Assembly: GCA_964418315.1 (NCBI GenBank)
Contig: CAYQMO010000002.1
Coordinates: 579 to 64,578 of the forward strand
Source of the DNA: an uncultured Geobacter sp.
Lineage (GTDB): Bacteria > Desulfobacterota > Desulfuromonadia > Geobacterales > Pseudopelobacteraceae
Reading direction: 5' to 3'
Length of the DNA: 64,000 nt
Within the stretch, counting starts at the first letter, position 1. The number at the start of each line of letters is the position of its first letter. This document shows positions 61,489-64,000 of this stretch, one piece after another. Below the pieces are notes generated by a model, which saw only the letters and a list, made by a program, of their open reading frames with translations, did not search any database and had not been told where the DNA came from. Made by a program: the position numbers and the translations under genes.

Positions 61489-62718
61489 GTGATTAGTCAA
61501 TTAAATGATCTCCAGAAAAGTAGAAGTTCAAGCTACCACATCGAGATAAACATGAACCTGTCGCCGTTTATTACAAATGTCAATTTCCCTCCGATATCCG
61601 AGGTAAAGCGCTGGCTTGCCGAGCGCCCGGATGATGGTCTTAAGCTGATAGATCTCTGTCAGGCTGTGCCTGATTATTCCCCGGCTGCGGAATTGACGGC
61701 ACATCTGGCCGGTTTGCTGACGGATCCGCAAATGTCGAAGTACTCTCCTGACGAAGGACTTCCGGAAGTGCGTAATTCGATATGCGACTACCTTGGCAGA
61801 CGCTATGGCGGAACGGCGTCATCGGACAACATCTGCCTGACGATCGGTGCCAGTCAGGCGTTCTGGCTGGCGATTGTCACGCTCTGCCGCGCCGGTGATG
61901 AGGTTGTTGTTCAGGCTCCATGCTATTTTGATCACCAAATGGCGCTTGAAATTCTCGGTATCCGCGCAGTATTCGCTCCATTTGTTGAGTCTGAAGGGGG
62001 AATTCCTGATCCTGCTACAATTGAAGGTTTGATCTCACCCGGAACCAGGGCGATTCTTGTCGTAACACCCAGTAATCCGACCGGTACCATTACACCTCCT
62101 GGGATCATTCGTGAACTGTATGATATTGCCCGGCGTCACAACATCGCTCTGCTTCTCGACGAGACCTATAACGAGTTTATCCCCGGTGGCTTACGGCCTC
62201 ATGAACTTTTCTGCAACCCGACCTGGGGCGACCACTTTGTGCAGATAGCCTCGTTCGGCAAGACGTATGCCCTGACAGGATACCGCGCCGGTATGCTCGT
62301 GGCTTCTCGCAATTTCATTCACCATGCGCTCAAAGCTCAGGACACCATGGCGGTCTGTCAGCCGCGCATTACCCAGCATGCCGTCAAATTTGGCGTAGAA
62401 CAGCTTGATTACTGGGTTGCGGCCAACCGGGAGATGATGGGGCGGCGTCACGATATTTTCAACACCGAATTCATGCGACCCGGAAACCGATTTCAGATCA
62501 TAACAAGCGGCACCTTCTTTGCGTGGGTGCGACATCCGTTCAGCGGACGCAGCGGGCGTCAGGTGGCAAAACGATTGGTTGACGAAGCGGCAATCCTCTG
62601 CCTGCCGGGCGAGGTTTTTGGATCCGGACTGGAAAATTATCTGCGGCTGGCTTTCGGAAATATCCGCGAGGAAGCTATTCCGGAGGCGGTTGGACGATTC
62701 AAGGAGATAATGGTATAA
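61489..62718 (+). CDS. Class I/II pyridoxal-phosphate-dependent aminotransferase (start uncertain: GTG 61489 or ATG 61552)
   Basis: SFGKTYALTGYRAG is the PLP-lysine motif SxxK...GxRxG. PSNPTG and LLLDETYNEF are also present. Confidence 0.88.
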   Translation: MISQLNDLQKSRSSSYHIEINMNLSPFITNVNFPPISEVKRWLAERPDDGLKLIDLCQAVPDYSPAAELTAHLAGLLTDPQMSKYSPDEGLPEVRNSICDYLGRRYGGTASSDNICLTIGASQAFWLAIVTLCRAGDEVVVQAPCYFDHQMALEILGIRAVFAPFVESEGGIPDPATIEGLISPGTRAILVVTPSNPTGTITPPGIIRELYDIARRHNIALLLDETYNEFIPGGLRPHELFCNPTWGDHFVQIASFGKTYALTGYRAGMLVASRNFIHHALKAQDTMAVCQPRITQHAVKFGVEQLDYWVAANREMMGRRHDIFNTEFMRPGNRFQIITSGTFFAWVRHPFSGRSGRQVAKRLVDEAAILCLPGEVFGSGLENYLRLAFGNIREEAIPEAVGRFKEIMV

Positions 62719-62848
62719 ACAGTGGAATCATTGATAATTTGCCTTTCATGGTGAAATTATGTACGATGCCTTACCAAAAAAAGCGATATTAATTCAAATA
62801 CAATCAATCTGGACTGCCGGTGATTGAGTCACGAAAAGGGGATAGAAA

Positions 62849-64000
62849 ATGGTTCAAAAGAGAAATCGTGTAAAAATAAATTCACCAGGTCTGACGGAGT
62901 TGCCGCCACTGGCGCTGGATGCTGTCGGCCTGGCTCATGACTATCGTCGCTATTTTACCTATAGCCTCGGCCAGAACAAATATTGCCATTCGGTAAATTA
63001 TTTTTATAAAGCACTGGCGCTAACGGTTCGTGACCGCCTGATGGAGCGATGGAAAAAAACCCGCTACACCTACATCGAGTCGCACTGCAAGCGTGGCTAT
63101 TACCTCTCGCTGGAGTTTCTGATGGGGCGAACCCTCGGCAATGCCATGTTGAATCTTGGTGTTACCGACGCCGCTTCGGAGGCGATGCACGGGCTTGGCA
63201 TCAGGCTGGAGGAGCTGGCTGAATATGAAAGAGACGCCGGTCTCGGTAACGGGGGGCTTGGACGCTTGGCTGCCTGTTTTCTGGATAGTTGTGCCACACT
63301 GCAGTTGCCTGTAATGGGTTATGGCCTCCGCTATGAATACGGCATGTTCCGCCAGCGTATCGTCAATGGCAATCAGATAGAGGAGCCGGATCACTGGCTG
63401 CGTGACGGTAACCCCTGGGAGCAGGAACGCCCGGAATTTACCCAGCGGGTTCGCTTCGGCGGACACTGTGAACATTACGCGACGGAATCGGGAGGACGCC
63501 GGGTTCGCTGGGTCAACAGCCATGATGTTCTGGCGGTTCCGTATGATATTCCGATCCCCGGCTATCGAAATGGCACGGTTAACACGCTGCGGCTCTGGAA
63601 ATCGGCAGCCACGGAGGCCTTTGACCTGGGTGAATTCAATGCCGGAGGGTATGCCGAGTCTGTTGCCACCAAAAATGAAGCCGAAAATATCACAATGGTG
63701 CTCTATCCGAACGATGCCAGTGAAAACGGCAAGGTGCTTCGCTTGCGGCAGCAGTATTTCCTTGCTTCGGCAACTCTGCAGGATGTTGTCGATCGCTGGA
63801 TGGCGTCGCGCAAAGGCGATTTCACTGATTTCGCCGCCAATAACTGTTTCCAGCTTAATGACACCCACCCAAGTTGTTCTGTGCCTGAACTGATGCGAAT
63901 TCTGATGGATGAGCGCGGTATGAACTGGGATCAGGCGTGGGGAATAACCAGCCAGACAATGGCATATACCAATCATACACTGCTTCCCGAAGCACTCGAA
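62849..64000 (+). CDS. glgP: Glycogen/alpha-glucan phosphorylase, N-terminal 384 codons (runs off the window, so absent from the ORF track)
   Basis: Hand translation from ATG 62849 gives MVQKRNRV...YFTYSLGQNKY...ALALTVRDRLMERWKKT...YYLSLEFLMGRTLGNAMLNLG...DAGLGNGGLGRLAACFLDSCATLQLPVMGYGLRYEYGMFRQ...LRLWKS...VLYPNDASENGKVLRLRQQYF...QLNDTHPS...AYTNHTLLPEALE. Confidence 0.93.
   Translation, partial: MVQKRNRVKINSPGLTELPPLALDAVGLAHDYRRYFTYSLGQNKYCHSVNYFYKALALTVRDRLMERWKKTRYTYIESHCKRGYYLSLEFLMGRTLGNAMLNLGVTDAASEAMHGLGIRLEELAEYERDAGLGNGGLGRLAACFLDSCATLQLPVMGYGLRYEYGMFRQRIVNGNQIEEPDHWLRDGNPWEQERPEFTQRVRFGGHCEHYATESGGRRVRWVNSHDVLAVPYDIPIPGYRNGTVNTLRLWKSAATEAFDLGEFNAGGYAESVATKNEAENITMVLYPNDASENGKVLRLRQQYFLASATLQDVVDRWMASRKGDFTDFAANNCFQLNDTHPSCSVPELMRILMDERGMNWDQAWGITSQTMAYTNHTLLPEALE

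Noticed and set aside
63020-63976. 318-aa minus-strand ORF
   Set aside because: The plus strand here translates into unmistakable glycogen phosphorylase sequence (LGNGGLGRLAACFLDS..., QLNDTHPS). That gene is missing from the ORF track only because it runs off the window. The minus ORF is an antisense shadow.

Overview
All calls come from hand reading of the sequence and the supplied ORF track; no searches were run. This 64-kb window is the chromosomal replication-origin neighbourhood of a Gram-negative bacterium. Gene content suggests a Desulfuromonadales-like deltaproteobacterium, but that taxon call is inference only.

Core: rpmH-rnpA-yidD-yidC-mnmE-mnmG-rsmG on the minus strand diverge from dnaA-dnaN-recF-gyrB-gyrA on the plus strand. 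DnaA-box-like motifs occur in both the rpmH/dnaA and dnaA/dnaN spacers.

Left arm (all minus strand):
- a very large ESPR/TPS-domain filamentous-hemagglutinin-family exoprotein with an apparent frameshift near 1457
- two small unknown ORFs
- a CcdA/CcdB-like toxin-antitoxin pair
- a sensor kinase plus an NtrC-family regulator with degenerate ATPase motifs
- maeB, sucDC and an Hsp20 gene

Right arm:
- Wzz-like, gmd, cysS, a GAF kinase with a CheY-like regulator, and a ManC/PMM-like fusion
- a 7.5-kb defence island (HsdR-like, fused HsdM-HsdS, an 84-aa micro-ORF, DarT, DarG)
- GH57, GalT-like and TIGR02757-like genes, then a zinc-ribbon/DUF3426-like protein
- a minus-strand envelope cluster (SlyD-like, DivIVA, LysM, TPR/coiled-coil/DUF11-like)
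- amt with a sigma-54 promoter, an aminotransferase, and the 5' part of glgP

Most notable:
- The defence island has no integrase and joins its housekeeping neighbours with 2-3 nt junctions.
- Two families of short palindromic (REP/RPE-like) elements sit in frame inside coding genes. One 40-nt copy is identical in the exoprotein gene and in the linker of the M-S fusion.
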